A stretch of 64,000 nucleotides of DNA from Halorussus marinus. GTDB lineage: Archaea > Halobacteriota > Halobacteria > Halobacteriales > Haladaptataceae. A program made the translations under genes and the position numbers. The stretch is from contig NZ_SBIV01000003.1 in assembly GCF_004765795.1 (NCBI RefSeq), positions 124,001 to 188,000 on the forward strand, in the 5' to 3' direction. The notes below the pieces were generated by a model. The model was given only the letters and a program-made list of their open reading frames with translations. It was not told the origin of the DNA and searched no databases. This document shows, piece after piece, positions 52,159-62,130 of this stretch (its first letter is position 1; the number at the start of each line of letters is the position of its first letter).

Positions 52159-52523
52159 CACGACCCCGACACGCGGCCGATTTCTCGCCGTCCTCGCCGA
52201 CCGTCGCGCGGTCCGAGTCCGGTCGCCGACGCGCGAACGTCGAACAGTTCGGTCGCGCGGTCGGTCCCCGAGTGGATCGCGGTGTCGACGAACCGGAGCC
52301 ACTCGGCCGGGGTTTCGAACTCCTCGGAGTCGACCGTCGTGAGACAGCCGCCGTCCGGGCCGAAAATCCGCCACTGCTCGCCGCGGGTCCGGTCGCTCGG
52401 CGCCCTCGCGATCCGGTGGTCCCGGTAGGTGAGTTCGGCGTCCCGCGGCTGGCGTTCGGTGTACGCTCGCCGGAGGCGACCGCGTTCGGTCGGGAGTTCG
52501 TGGCGTTTTCGACTCGAACTCAT
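51927..52523 (-). CDS. Hypothetical protein downstream of TTTCACTTTCA motif (3' end uncertain)
   Basis: TTTAT about 28 bp upstream of ATG; first about 95 aa protein-like, tail overlaps neighbour antisense. Confidence 0.4.
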   Translation of the reverse strand: MSSSRKRHELPTERGRLRRAYTERQPRDAELTYRDHRIARAPSDRTRGEQWRIFGPDGGCLTTVDSEEFETPAEWLRFVDTAIHSGTDRATELFDVRASATGLGPRDGRRGRREIGRVSGSCQSRTTDSAQRARTSASHSTPAPTPILSKPSVPKSPNPIQIRTPPAANPLIVSPLTVTGVERTVWRAPYEPRTSPIP

Positions 52524-52572
52524 CACGAGCGGGGAGACGCGCTCCGAGCCGATAAACGTCGGCCGTGTGCGA

Positions 52573-52593
52573 AGTGAAAGTGAAACTGAAGCG
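52573..52593 (-). promoter_or_regulatory. Putative DNA-damage-response element
   Basis: Exact 21-bp match to the rpa upstream motif, similar spacing to TATA. Confidence 0.6.
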
Positions 52594-52655
52594 ACGCGAA
52601 CGCTCCCGGTCGATCGCAGTCGTCTCGACTTCCGACCGACCCACGCCCCGATTCG

Positions 52656-53729
52656 TCACTCGCCGTCGCGTTCGACGACGACGTCGTCTTCGTCGCGGAC
52701 CGCGAGGTAACACAGCGCATCGTTTTCGTACACCGCGACGCCCTCGGTCCGACCGACGACGTAGCCGTCGCGTTCGGACTCGACGGTCGCCTTGTGCTCG
52801 CCGTGGGGCGTGACGATGTCGGCCACGGGGTCGCCCGCCGCCACGACGTCGCCCGGTTCGACGCGGTGGCGGACGATCCCCGGCGTGTCGGTCCGCGGGT
52901 GCTGGGCGCGCCGGACCGAGTAGTCGACGGGCTTTTCGAACCCGGGGTCGGCGGCGGCGACCTCCTCCGGGACCGATTCGAGCATCCCGAGCGCGACCAT
53001 CACCCGATAGCACCCCGCGACGCCCGCCGCCGTGATATCGTCGTCGACGACGCTGTGGCCGCCGAGTTCGGGCGTCATCGCGGGGATGCCGGCCACGTCG
53101 AGCGCCGCGCCGGTGGTCGAGCGCTGGAGCCCCCGGTCGGTGTACTCCGGCTCGGGGTACTGATTGAGCACCGGCAGTCCGAACGCTTCCACGAGTCGGC
53201 CCTGCGTCTCGGCGAGCGTTCGGGCGGCCGATTCGGTCCGGCGGTCCCCGTAGAACACCCGGTGGCGGATGGTGAACGGCACCGAATCGACGACCGACGT
53301 GTGGAGGTTGACGAGCGCGTCCGCCGAGTCGGCGAACGCCTCGTAGACGCGCCGGTCGATCAGCTCTTGGACCTTCGGCGGCCGAGTGGTCTCGGCGTCG
53401 GGGTCGGGGAAGTAGCGGTTCGGGTCGTCGTCGTGGTAGTAGGAGGTGCGCTCGTTGCGGCGCAGTCCCGCGGGGTTCAGGTTCGGGATGCAGACGACGG
53501 TGCCGGCGAGGCCGGTCGGCAACGTCTCGTCCATCGTGTCCTGAGCGACCGCGAGCCCGGTCGCCTCGTCGCCGTGAAGCGTCCCCGTGATCCAGAGCTC
53601 GGGGCCGTCCGCGTCGCCCTCGGCGACGACGACGGGCAGGCGTTCGGCCCCGCCCGCCGGCAGGTCGGTGACGTCGAGGTAGCCGGTCGCCAGCTCGCCC
53701 GGGTCCGCGTCCGCGGTACCGAGTTCCAT
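52656..53729 (-). CDS. Succinylglutamate desuccinylase/aspartoacylase family protein
   Basis: GTLHGDE, DPNRYFP, VNLHT, TPELGG. Confidence 0.9.
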   Translation of the reverse strand: MELGTADADPGELATGYLDVTDLPAGGAERLPVVVAEGDADGPELWITGTLHGDEATGLAVAQDTMDETLPTGLAGTVVCIPNLNPAGLRRNERTSYYHDDDPNRYFPDPDAETTRPPKVQELIDRRVYEAFADSADALVNLHTSVVDSVPFTIRHRVFYGDRRTESAARTLAETQGRLVEAFGLPVLNQYPEPEYTDRGLQRSTTGAALDVAGIPAMTPELGGHSVVDDDITAAGVAGCYRVMVALGMLESVPEEVAAADPGFEKPVDYSVRRAQHPRTDTPGIVRHRVEPGDVVAAGDPVADIVTPHGEHKATVESERDGYVVGRTEGVAVYENDALCYLAVRDEDDVVVERDGE

Positions 53730-53903
53730 GTGTCACTCCTCCGGGTGCGGGTACAAAAGTCCGGACAATCCAGCAAAGGGGTTCGCCCACTCGGTCACAG
53801 TGCCCACCGCGACCCGACCGCAAGCGGGGCGCGCCGACGCCACGTTCACTTTCGGCCCGCTTTACGAAAGTTCTTACCGGAGGAGGAACTACGAGACGAC
53901 CGA

Positions 53904-56000
53904 ATGGCTCGCGCGGAGAACACCGAACTAGTCGACGATTTCGAGCAGTTCTATCGGCGGTACTACAGCGACGAGATCGGGGCGCTCGCCGCGAAGTACC
54001 CCGGCGAGCAGCGATCGCTGTACGTCGACTGGAACGACCTCTACCGGTACGATGCGGACCTCGCGGACGACTATCTCTCTCAGCCCGAACAGCACCAGGA
54101 GTACGCCGAGGAGGCGCTTCGACTCTACGACCTCCCGGTCGACGTGAGCCTCGGGCAGGCCCACGTCCGGGTTCAGAACCTCCCCGAGACCACCGACATC
54201 CGCGCGATCCGCGCCCGCCACGTCAACACCATGGTCGACGTCCAGGGCATCGTCCGGAAGGCGACCGACGTCCGGCCGAAGATTCAGGAGGCCGCCTTCG
54301 AGTGCCAGCGGTGTGGCACGCTCACCTACATCCCCCAGAGCGGCGGCGACTTCCAAGAGCCCCACGAGTGTCAGGGCTGTGAACGTCAGGGCCCCTTCCA
54401 GATCAACTTCGACCAGTCGGAGTTCATCGACTCCCAGAAGATCCGGGTCCAGGAGAGCCCCGAGGGACTGCGCGGCGGCGAGACGCCCCAGAGCATCGAC
54501 GTCCACATCGAAGACGACATCACCGGCGAAGTGACGCCCGGCGACCACGTCCGGGTCACCGGCATCCTCCACCTCGAACAGCAGGGTAGCGGACAGGACA
54601 AGTCCGCGGTGTTCGACGTGTACATGGACGGCGTCGCGGTCACCATCGAGGACGAGCAGTTCGAGGACATGGACATCACCGACGAGGACAAAAAAGAGAT
54701 CGTCGAGCTCTCGAACGCCGACGACATCTACGAGCAGATGGTCGGCTCGATGGCTCCGGCCATCTACGGCTACGAGGAAGAGAAGCTCGCGATGATCCTC
54801 CAGCTGTTTTCGGGCGTGACCAAACACCTCCCCGACGAGTCCCGGATCCGCGGGGACCTTCACATGCTGTTGATCGGGGACCCCGGAACGGGAAAATCCC
54901 AAATGATTTCGTACGTCCAGAACATCGCCCCGCGCTCGGTGTACACCTCCGGGAAGGGGTCGTCGAGCGCGGGGCTTACCGCCGCCGCGGTACGCGACGA
55001 CTTCGGCGACGGCCAGCAGTGGACCCTCGAAGCCGGCGCGCTCGTGCTGGCCGACCAGGGCATCGCGGCGGTCGACGAACTCGACAAGATGGCGCCCGAC
55101 GACCGGTCGGCGATGCACGAGGGGCTCGAACAGCAGAAGATCTCGGTCTCGAAGGCCGGCATCAACGCGACGCTCAAGTCCCGGTGTTCGCTACTCGGTG
55201 CCGCGAACCCCAAGTACGGCCGGTTCGACCAGTACGAGCCCATCGGCGAGCAGATCGACCTCGAACCCGCGCTCATCTCGCGGTTCGACCTCATCTTCAC
55301 GGTCACCGACCAGCCCGACGAGGAACACGACAAGCGCCTCGCCCAGCACATCATCCAGACGAACTACGCGGGCCAGCTCAACACCCAGCGCACCGAGATG
55401 AGCGCCCCGAACATCACCCAAGAGGAGGTCGAGAGCCAGACCGAGGAGGTCGCGCCGGCGATCGACCCCGACCTCCTGCGCAAGTACATCGCGTACGCGA
55501 AGCGCAACTGCTTCCCCACGATGACCGAGGAGGCAAAGCGGACCATCGAGGACTTCTACGTCGACCTCCGGACGAAAGGCGCCGACGAGGACGCGCCGGT
55601 CCCGGTCACCGCCCGGAAGTTAGAGGCGCTGGTCCGGCTCTCGGAGGCCAGCGCGCGGGTTCGACTCTCCGACGAAGTCGAGGTCGAGGACGCCGAGCGC
55701 GCGGTCGAGATCACCCGATCGTGCCTCCAGGACATCGGCGTCGACCCCGAGACCGGCCAGTTCGACGCCGACGTGGTCGAGACCGGCACCTCGAAGACCC
55801 AGCGCGACCGCATCAAAAACATCAAACAGCTCATCGCCGATATCGAGGAGGAGTACGACGACGGCGCCCCGGTCGACGTCGTGCTCGAACGCGCCGAGGA
55901 CATCGGGATGGATCACTCGAAGGCCGAACACGAGATCGACAAGCTAAAACAGAAAGGCGAGGTGTACGAGCCCTCGACCGACCACCTGCGGACGACGTAG
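53904..56000 (+). CDS. mcm: MCM replicative helicase (no intein)
   Basis: CQRCG..CQGC Zn finger, GDPGTGKSQ, GLTAA, VDELDKM, SRFDL. Confidence 0.97.
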   Translation: MARAENTELVDDFEQFYRRYYSDEIGALAAKYPGEQRSLYVDWNDLYRYDADLADDYLSQPEQHQEYAEEALRLYDLPVDVSLGQAHVRVQNLPETTDIRAIRARHVNTMVDVQGIVRKATDVRPKIQEAAFECQRCGTLTYIPQSGGDFQEPHECQGCERQGPFQINFDQSEFIDSQKIRVQESPEGLRGGETPQSIDVHIEDDITGEVTPGDHVRVTGILHLEQQGSGQDKSAVFDVYMDGVAVTIEDEQFEDMDITDEDKKEIVELSNADDIYEQMVGSMAPAIYGYEEEKLAMILQLFSGVTKHLPDESRIRGDLHMLLIGDPGTGKSQMISYVQNIAPRSVYTSGKGSSSAGLTAAAVRDDFGDGQQWTLEAGALVLADQGIAAVDELDKMAPDDRSAMHEGLEQQKISVSKAGINATLKSRCSLLGAANPKYGRFDQYEPIGEQIDLEPALISRFDLIFTVTDQPDEEHDKRLAQHIIQTNYAGQLNTQRTEMSAPNITQEEVESQTEEVAPAIDPDLLRKYIAYAKRNCFPTMTEEAKRTIEDFYVDLRTKGADEDAPVPVTARKLEALVRLSEASARVRLSDEVEVEDAERAVEITRSCLQDIGVDPETGQFDADVVETGTSKTQRDRIKNIKQLIADIEEEYDDGAPVDVVLERAEDIGMDHSKAEHEIDKLKQKGEVYEPSTDHLRTT

Positions 56001-56312
56001 ATGGACCGCATCTCCGCGCTCCGTAACGTCGAGGACGCGCTGGCGGACTTCGAGGCCGGCGAGGCGGACCTCGAAGCGACCGAGCGTCGGGTCCTGACGG
56101 TGTTGCGGACCTACGCGACCGAGTTCGAGGAGGAGACGCTCTCGGCGTACCGGGCGTCGGGAGCGCCGTCGGTCGAGGGCCTCGTCGTCGTCGCCGAGTC
56201 ACCCGCACAGGCGCGTCGGCGCGTTCGGGAGCTGACGGCGACCGAGCCAGAGGCCGACTCGGACGACGAAGACGGCGACTGGGGGGCGTTTGAGGTCGAC
56301 CCGGTCGAGTGA
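56001..56312 (+). CDS. Conserved hypothetical protein
   Basis: Directly abuts mcm stop; acidic 103-aa ORF. Confidence 0.75.
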   Translation: MDRISALRNVEDALADFEAGEADLEATERRVLTVLRTYATEFEEETLSAYRASGAPSVEGLVVVAESPAQARRRVRELTATEPEADSDDEDGDWGAFEVDPVE

Positions 56313-56428
56313 CGCCGCGATGGTTCCCGTCAAGAGGGGAAAATAAATAAACTAGGTCCTCTAAGAAGAAAGCAACGCTCACGTCTGTCGAGCGGTCGAG
56401 CGTGCGAGTCCGAACGTACGATCTACCG

Positions 56429-57055
56429 ATGCAAACGAAGCGAAACAACGAACCAGGGCCGCCGTGGGACGCCGTCGGACCGGGTACCTGTACGCTGGTC
56501 CTGGCGCCGTCGCTGCACGACGCGACCGACGAGGCGTGCCTCAACCTCCTCTCGCTCGACGACCCCGCCGACCAGAACGTCATGTGGGTCACTTACACCC
56601 GCTCGCCGGACGCCTGCATCCAGGATTGGCTGGCCCACGCCGGCGAGCGTCCCCGAAACATGCGGTTTGTCAGCGTCGGCGAGACCACGCGCTCGACCTC
56701 CGCGGTGTCGAACGCGGCCAACGGGCGAAGCGAGGTGGTCGAGACCCTCTCGAACCCCAGCGACCTGACGGGACTCGGGATCAAACTCAGCGAGATTCTC
56801 AAAGAGTGGACCCGCAACGACTACCCGACCACCGCCTGTTTCGACTCGCTGACCGCGCTGCTCCAGTACGCCGACCTCCAGACGGTGTATAAGTTCCTCC
56901 ACGTCCTGACCGGCCGGTTCGACGCGGCCGGCGTGACCGCCCACTTCCACCTCGACCCCGACACCTGCGACGACCAGACCGTCAGTACGCTCACGTCGCT
57001 GTTCGACACGGTCGTCGAGTTCGACGACGGCGAGTGGAACGTCCGGTCCAGATGA
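56429..57055 (+). CDS. KaiC/RecA-like inactive ATPase-fold protein (DUF7504-like)
   Basis: PSDLTGLGIKLS, CFDSLTALLQY, FLHVLTGR, LFDTVVE. Confidence 0.8.
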   Translation: MQTKRNNEPGPPWDAVGPGTCTLVLAPSLHDATDEACLNLLSLDDPADQNVMWVTYTRSPDACIQDWLAHAGERPRNMRFVSVGETTRSTSAVSNAANGRSEVVETLSNPSDLTGLGIKLSEILKEWTRNDYPTTACFDSLTALLQYADLQTVYKFLHVLTGRFDAAGVTAHFHLDPDTCDDQTVSTLTSLFDTVVEFDDGEWNVRSR

Positions 57056-57091
57056 CGTAATTTTAAGTTCGAAACGGCCGAATTTTTCGGC

Positions 57092-57430
57092 GTGCTCCTA
57101 GTTGTAACGTACTCCAAGGCGGCCCGCCAGACGCTTCGAAACGTCTGTAACGGCCACGACGAGGCGGTCGTCCAGCGACTCGGCCGCGCCGCGCTCCTCG
57201 AACCGACCCGGCTCGGAGCGTTCCTCGCGCTCCGACTCCGGGCGAAACACGCGGGCGACGTGCAGATCGAGCGGACCGACCCGTTCAACGAGTTTCGCGA
57301 CGCCCCCGAGGCGGTTCGGCGCGCCGCCGCCGCGTACGAGGACCGAGCGCACCCGAGCACGCCCTACCGAGCGTTCGCGGCCGGCACCGACCACCCGGAT
57401 CCGAGCGCGATGGCCGGGACGGAGCTGTGA
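57092..57430 (+). CDS. Conserved hypothetical protein
   Basis: MLLVVTYSKAARQTLRNVC; TTTTAAG promoter upstream. Confidence 0.75.
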   Translation: MLLVVTYSKAARQTLRNVCNGHDEAVVQRLGRAALLEPTRLGAFLALRLRAKHAGDVQIERTDPFNEFRDAPEAVRRAAAAYEDRAHPSTPYRAFAAGTDHPDPSAMAGTEL

Positions 57431-58233
57431 GGGTTCGGCGGTCGACCGAGACGCGGACGGGCCGGGCGATCGACCTCTCGGACTGGAACGTCTCGGCCGA
57501 CGTCGTCGGCGACGCGGTTCGCGGCGACGACTCCGACGGCCTCGCGATCGCGTGCCCGCCGCCCGGCCCGGTCCACGAGCACGTCGGCGTGATTCGGCCC
57601 CGGATCGAGTTCTCCCGGCGAGCGGCGCTGGCGGCGGCCGCTCGCTCCCGGGGACGGACCGCGCCCCAGGACGGCGAACTGGCTCGGATCCGCGAGCGTC
57701 TCGACGCGCTGGATCCGGCGCCGGTCGGCCTCGCGGACGCGCGCCGACGCGTCGCCGACGCCGAGGGGTCGGAGGCGGCGGTCCGCGAGCGCGTCGCCAC
57801 GCTGCAGGGCCGCGTGCAGGCGCTCCGGGAGACCGACGGGGATCCGAGCGACGCCGAGGCCGAACTCGCGGACGCGACCCGCCGGCTCGCCGACCTCGAA
57901 ACCGAGCGGATCGCGGCCGAACAGACGCTCGCTCGCGCCCGCGAACGAGCCAGAGAGACCCGGGACGCCCGGCGCGAACGCCTTCGGCTCCGGGATCGGG
58001 CGGACAACCTCCGACGGCGCGCACGCGAGCACCTCGCGGACGCGCTCGGGCCGGCGTTCGAGCGCGTTCGCGGGGCGGTTCCGGGCGAGACGCCCCCGTC
58101 GGTCACCGCGGCGCTCGCGGTCGCTCGCCTCGCTGACCTGACCGCGCCGATCGTCATCGACGCCGAGGCCGCCGGATTCGAGGCGCCGAGCGCCGCCGCG
58201 ACGTGGCTCGACGCGCCCGTAATCTACGTGTAG
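57427..58233 (+). CDS. Coiled-coil hypothetical protein
   Basis: GTGA overlap; long heptad region flanked by globular ends. Confidence 0.7.
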   Translation: MRVRRSTETRTGRAIDLSDWNVSADVVGDAVRGDDSDGLAIACPPPGPVHEHVGVIRPRIEFSRRAALAAAARSRGRTAPQDGELARIRERLDALDPAPVGLADARRRVADAEGSEAAVRERVATLQGRVQALRETDGDPSDAEAELADATRRLADLETERIAAEQTLARARERARETRDARRERLRLRDRADNLRRRAREHLADALGPAFERVRGAVPGETPPSVTAALAVARLADLTAPIVIDAEAAGFEAPSAAATWLDAPVIYV

Positions 58234-58265
58234 GTTTAACACCGAAGCCGCGCCGAACCCGCCCT

Positions 58266-58820
58266 ATGGTGGATCTCGACTGGCGCGTCGAGGCGCAGGC
58301 GGGGGTCTCGCTCGTGGAACTGACGGTGCACAATCCCGGCCGAACCGCTCGACGGGTCCGGGTCGCGAATCGGCTCGACGGCGCGGTATGGCCGCCCAGA
58401 CGCGAGGGCGTGGCCGCGGCCGGCTGGGACGACGGCGGCTTCGAGGGGGTCGTCGCGGCCGGCGGTCGTCGAGCGCTCGGCTACGCGAGCCCCGCGGCCC
58501 CGACCGAGCCCCCGGCGGAGGTCGTCTGGACCGAGCGCGCCGGCGTCGCCGAGCCCGCCGATCGGTCGGCCCTCCGCGCGACGCCCGACGGAGTGGTGCG
58601 CACGCTCGGTGCGGCTCGTCCGCCGGCGGACGCCGTCCCGCGGCCGACCGAGCCCGACCCGGTTCCGGACGCCGTCGAGTCGTGGCTCGGCGCGCTCGAC
58701 GACCGATCGACCGCGCCGACGGCCGCCGAGCGCGAGGCCCTCGAAGTGGTGGCGCGCCGCGCCGGAGCGCTCGCCGACCGCTCGGCCGACGAGCGACCGT
58801 CTCCGGGGGACTCGCGGTGA
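58266..58820 (+). CDS. Conserved hypothetical protein
   Basis: VRVANRLDGAVWPPRREGV...LGYA; coupled to MinD gene. Confidence 0.7.
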   Translation: MVDLDWRVEAQAGVSLVELTVHNPGRTARRVRVANRLDGAVWPPRREGVAAAGWDDGGFEGVVAAGGRRALGYASPAAPTEPPAEVVWTERAGVAEPADRSALRATPDGVVRTLGAARPPADAVPRPTEPDPVPDAVESWLGALDDRSTAPTAAEREALEVVARRAGALADRSADERPSPGDSR

Positions 58821-59485
58821 TCCTCGCGATCGCGGGCGGGAAAGGCGGGGTGGGAAAGTCGACGGTGTCGCTGAACCTCGGCGCGGAACTCGACGCGGTC
58901 GTGGTCGACGCCGACCTCTCGATGGCCGACCTACCGACTGCGCGCGGTCCTGATCTCCACGACGTGCTGGCCGGCCGCGCCGACCCGGTCGAGGCGGTTC
59001 GGGAGGACGGTCCGGTCGACCTGCTCCCGTGCGGTCGCACGCTCGCCGGCGCCCGGGCGGGCGAGGTGGCGGCGCTCGCCTCGGCGCTCGACGCCGTCGA
59101 GTCGATCTACGATCGCGTGGTCGTCGACTGTCCCGCGGGGATGGCCGCCGACGTGGGCGTGCCGCTGTTGGCGGCCGACGCCGCGGTGCTCGTCACCTCT
59201 TCCCGCGAGTTTGCGCTCGCCGACGCGGTCCGGACTCGGGCGCTCGCCCGGGAGCTCGACGCCGGGCTGGCGGCGGTCGCGCTCAACCGGACCGGTCGGG
59301 AGCCGCCGACCGAGACGCTCCGTCGCGCGCTCGGCGCGCGGGTCGTGGCGGTCCCGGACGACGGGCGCGTCCGGCGGGCTCAGCGGCAGGGTCGTCCGGT
59401 CGCGTCGCTCGCGCCCGACAGCCGACCGGCGGCCCGATTCGTCGCGCTCGCAGAAACAGTCCGGACCGGAACGCTCACTCGGTGA
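58817..59485 (+). CDS. minD: MinD/ParA family ATPase
   Basis: GGKGGVGKST deviant Walker A, VDADL, VDCPAG. Confidence 0.88.
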   Translation: MILAIAGGKGGVGKSTVSLNLGAELDAVVVDADLSMADLPTARGPDLHDVLAGRADPVEAVREDGPVDLLPCGRTLAGARAGEVAALASALDAVESIYDRVVVDCPAGMAADVGVPLLAADAAVLVTSSREFALADAVRTRALARELDAGLAAVALNRTGREPPTETLRRALGARVVAVPDDGRVRRAQRQGRPVASLAPDSRPAARFVALAETVRTGTLTR

Positions 59486-60347
59486 GATCCTCGTAGGTCG
59501 ACCGGAGCGTGACCGGCGTCACGTCGGCGACGTCGGCGGCGTCCGCCTGGGTCAGCCGCGGCCCTCGCTCGCGGGCCGCGGTGTAGAGACACGCCGCGGC
59601 GACCCCGCTGGGATCCCGACCGCTGAGGAGGTTCCGCTCGCGCGCTCGCTCGACCAGCTCGGCCGCCCGGGTCTCGACGGCCTGCGGGAGGTCGAGCCGG
59701 CTGGCGAACCGCGGCAGGTACTCGCGCGGGTCGATGGGGCCGGTCGGTAGCCCCAGCTCGCGGTTGAGCGCGTCGTAGGCGGCCTTGAGCTCGTTTCGGC
59801 TCGCGCGGGCGACTTCGAGGATCTCGTCGAGCGTGCGCGAGACCGCGGCGGTCCGACAGGTCGCGTACACCGCGGCCGACGCGAACCCCTCCAGCGACCG
59901 GCCTCGCAGGAGGTCCTCGGACTGGGCGGACTCGAACAGGACGCAGGCCCGATCGCGGACGTCGTCCGAGAGTTGGAGCGCGCTGACGAGCCGCCGGATC
60001 TCGGTGAACGCGTACACCTGATTGCGCTCGGACTTCGAGGAGATGCGGGCCCGGCCGTGTTCGCGGCGCATCCGGGCGACCTGTCGGCGCTTTCGCCCCG
60101 TCAGCCGGAGGTCGCTCCCGTGACCGATCTCGGTCGTCAGCCCGCGGTCGTGGCGCGACCGGGTGAGGGGCGCGCCGGTCCGCTCTTTCTCGGTGTCGTC
60201 GTCCGCGAACGAGCGCCACTCGGGCCCTCGGTCGATGCGGTCCTCGGCGACCACGAGCCCGCAGTCGGCACAGACGGTCTCGTCGCCGTCGGGGGTCAGT
60301 CGGCCGTCGCACTCGGGACACGTCGTCGAAGCGTGTGCTTTGCTCAT
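59475..60347 (-). CDS. tfb: Transcription initiation factor IIB
   Basis: CPEC..CADCG Zn ribbon, IDRGPEWRSF, two cyclin repeats. Confidence 0.95.
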   Translation of the reverse strand: MSKAHASTTCPECDGRLTPDGDETVCADCGLVVAEDRIDRGPEWRSFADDDTEKERTGAPLTRSRHDRGLTTEIGHGSDLRLTGRKRRQVARMRREHGRARISSKSERNQVYAFTEIRRLVSALQLSDDVRDRACVLFESAQSEDLLRGRSLEGFASAAVYATCRTAAVSRTLDEILEVARASRNELKAAYDALNRELGLPTGPIDPREYLPRFASRLDLPQAVETRAAELVERARERNLLSGRDPSGVAAACLYTAARERGPRLTQADAADVADVTPVTLRSTYEDLTE

Positions 60348-60518
60348 CACACTCCAAACTTCGGCCCGATCCGTATTTAAACGAAGGAGCGAACGCCACC
60401 GAAAGACGCGTCGCGGCGCGACGAACGTACCGATTACCGGTAGCTTCCTCCCCGACGCAGATAATAATTACAAAATTATAAAAGAAATTTTAAGTGGATG
60501 TGACGGGCAGTTTCGGAC

Positions 60519-61013
60519 GTGACGCTCTCGGAGATCGCAGACGGACTCGAAGTGACCGCCCAACAGCGCGACCGCGGGGTCGCGACGGTCGACGCCACCG
60601 GCGACCTCCAGGAGAGACTCGAGGCGTTCGCCAACGAGTTGCCCTGCGACGCCGCGTCGGCCGCGACCGTCGTCGAGGGGCATCTCGCCGGCCGGTCGGT
60701 CGGCGAGAGCGCGCGATCGGCGGGTATCGCCCCGGTGACCGCGGCCAAGGCCCTCCACCTGCTCGGCTGTGAGGGCGTCTCGCCGCTGACGCCGCGCGCA
60801 CACGACGTCGTCGCGGACTGGCTGTCGGCGGAGCTCTCGCGCGCCGACGCGAAGGCGCTGACCGGCGCCTCCGAGACGGAGTTCGCGCTGGCGGCGTTCG
60901 TCGAGACCCACGAGTCGCTCGACGGGGCCCGGGCGGTCGTCGAGGGCGCGCGTCGGACGGCCGACGGCGACGCGCTCGAAGAGGCCCGGAGCGAACTGGC
61001 CGATCTGGTCTGA
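60519..61013 (+). CDS. Conserved hypothetical protein with HTH-like segment
   Basis: SVGESARSAGIAPVTAAKALHLLG; TTTTAAG upstream. Confidence 0.7.
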   Translation: MTLSEIADGLEVTAQQRDRGVATVDATGDLQERLEAFANELPCDAASAATVVEGHLAGRSVGESARSAGIAPVTAAKALHLLGCEGVSPLTPRAHDVVADWLSAELSRADAKALTGASETEFALAAFVETHESLDGARAVVEGARRTADGDALEEARSELADLV

Positions 61014-61030
61014 CCGGCGGGCCGGCGCTT

Positions 61031-61807
61031 TTACCGATCCGACACGGAGTCGGGCAACAGCGACCCCGCATCGACGTCGAGCAGACCGCTCTCTGCGAAT
61101 TCGAGATCGAGAGTCGTCTCGAATACCGCCTGCGCGGCGTCGGCGACCGCCGGAGCGAACCCGGCTTCGGGATCGGGCGCGCTGGCGGGGACCGCCTCGA
61201 CGCCCGTCGCATCGCTCTCGGGGACCGCGGCGTCGGCGCTCCGGAGCGGGTGGTCGGAATTCGCGCGGTTCGCGACGACGGCGTCGACGCTCGCGCCGAC
61301 GTCCGCGACTCGGCCCCGGGCGCGCTGGACCGCGTCGACGCCCCGTTCGCTGGCGGGCGCGACGATGGCGACCCGATCGGCGGCGGTCACCGCCGCGACG
61401 CTCTGGTTGCCCGCGACCGGCGGGGCATCCACGAGGACGTGATCGAACCTCTCGGCGGCGTCGGCGATCCGCTCCTCGAAGCGGCGGGCCGCCTCGACGG
61501 TCTTGGCCCGCGCCGCCCGCTCGAAGGGCGCTCTCGCCGGACAGAGCTCGAGCCGTCCGGGAAGGTCGGCGCTCGCGCCGTGGTCGGTCAATCCGTCGGC
61601 GAGCGGTCGGTCGTCGGTCACCACCGCCGTCGCGTCCGGCTCGACGCGGCCGGGGACGTGGCGAGCGAGCCCTTCGGTGGCGAACGCGGCGTCGAGGACC
61701 GCGACCTCGCGACCGTCGCGTGCGAGCGTCGCGCCGAGTTCGATCGCGAGCCGAGTCGTCCCCGCCCCGCCGGTCGCGCCGACGAGCGTGCAGGTGCTTG
61801 AACTCAT
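61031..61807 (-). CDS. ParA-like protein with degenerate Walker A
   Basis: GATGGAGTT (no Lys), VLDAAF, VLVDAPP, VVANR. Confidence 0.8.
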   Translation of the reverse strand: MSSSTCTLVGATGGAGTTRLAIELGATLARDGREVAVLDAAFATEGLARHVPGRVEPDATAVVTDDRPLADGLTDHGASADLPGRLELCPARAPFERAARAKTVEAARRFEERIADAAERFDHVLVDAPPVAGNQSVAAVTAADRVAIVAPASERGVDAVQRARGRVADVGASVDAVVANRANSDHPLRSADAAVPESDATGVEAVPASAPDPEAGFAPAVADAAQAVFETTLDLEFAESGLLDVDAGSLLPDSVSDR

Positions 61808-62130
61808 TAATTTATACTCTGTCCTAATAGCATAAAACACTCCCTTTCCGGATCGGCGATCGACAGCGATAGCCCGTTCGTCTCGCTGATTTAGCAGGAG
61901 TCGGTCGGAGACGACTTCGTCGCGTCCCGCCACTCGGCGGTCCGAGACGTGTCCTGCGTGGAACTGCGCCCCTGACTCCGGCGAGAACGTATTTACTCGG
62001 CGACGGTGTACAAGCGGCCATGACAGCCCGTCCCGCCGCCGCGACCGCTCTCCGGCGGCCGTCCGTACGGTCTCGCGATCGCCCCTGCCGAGCGACCCCA
62101 CCGGTCCGATCGGGGACGTACTGCTGACCG

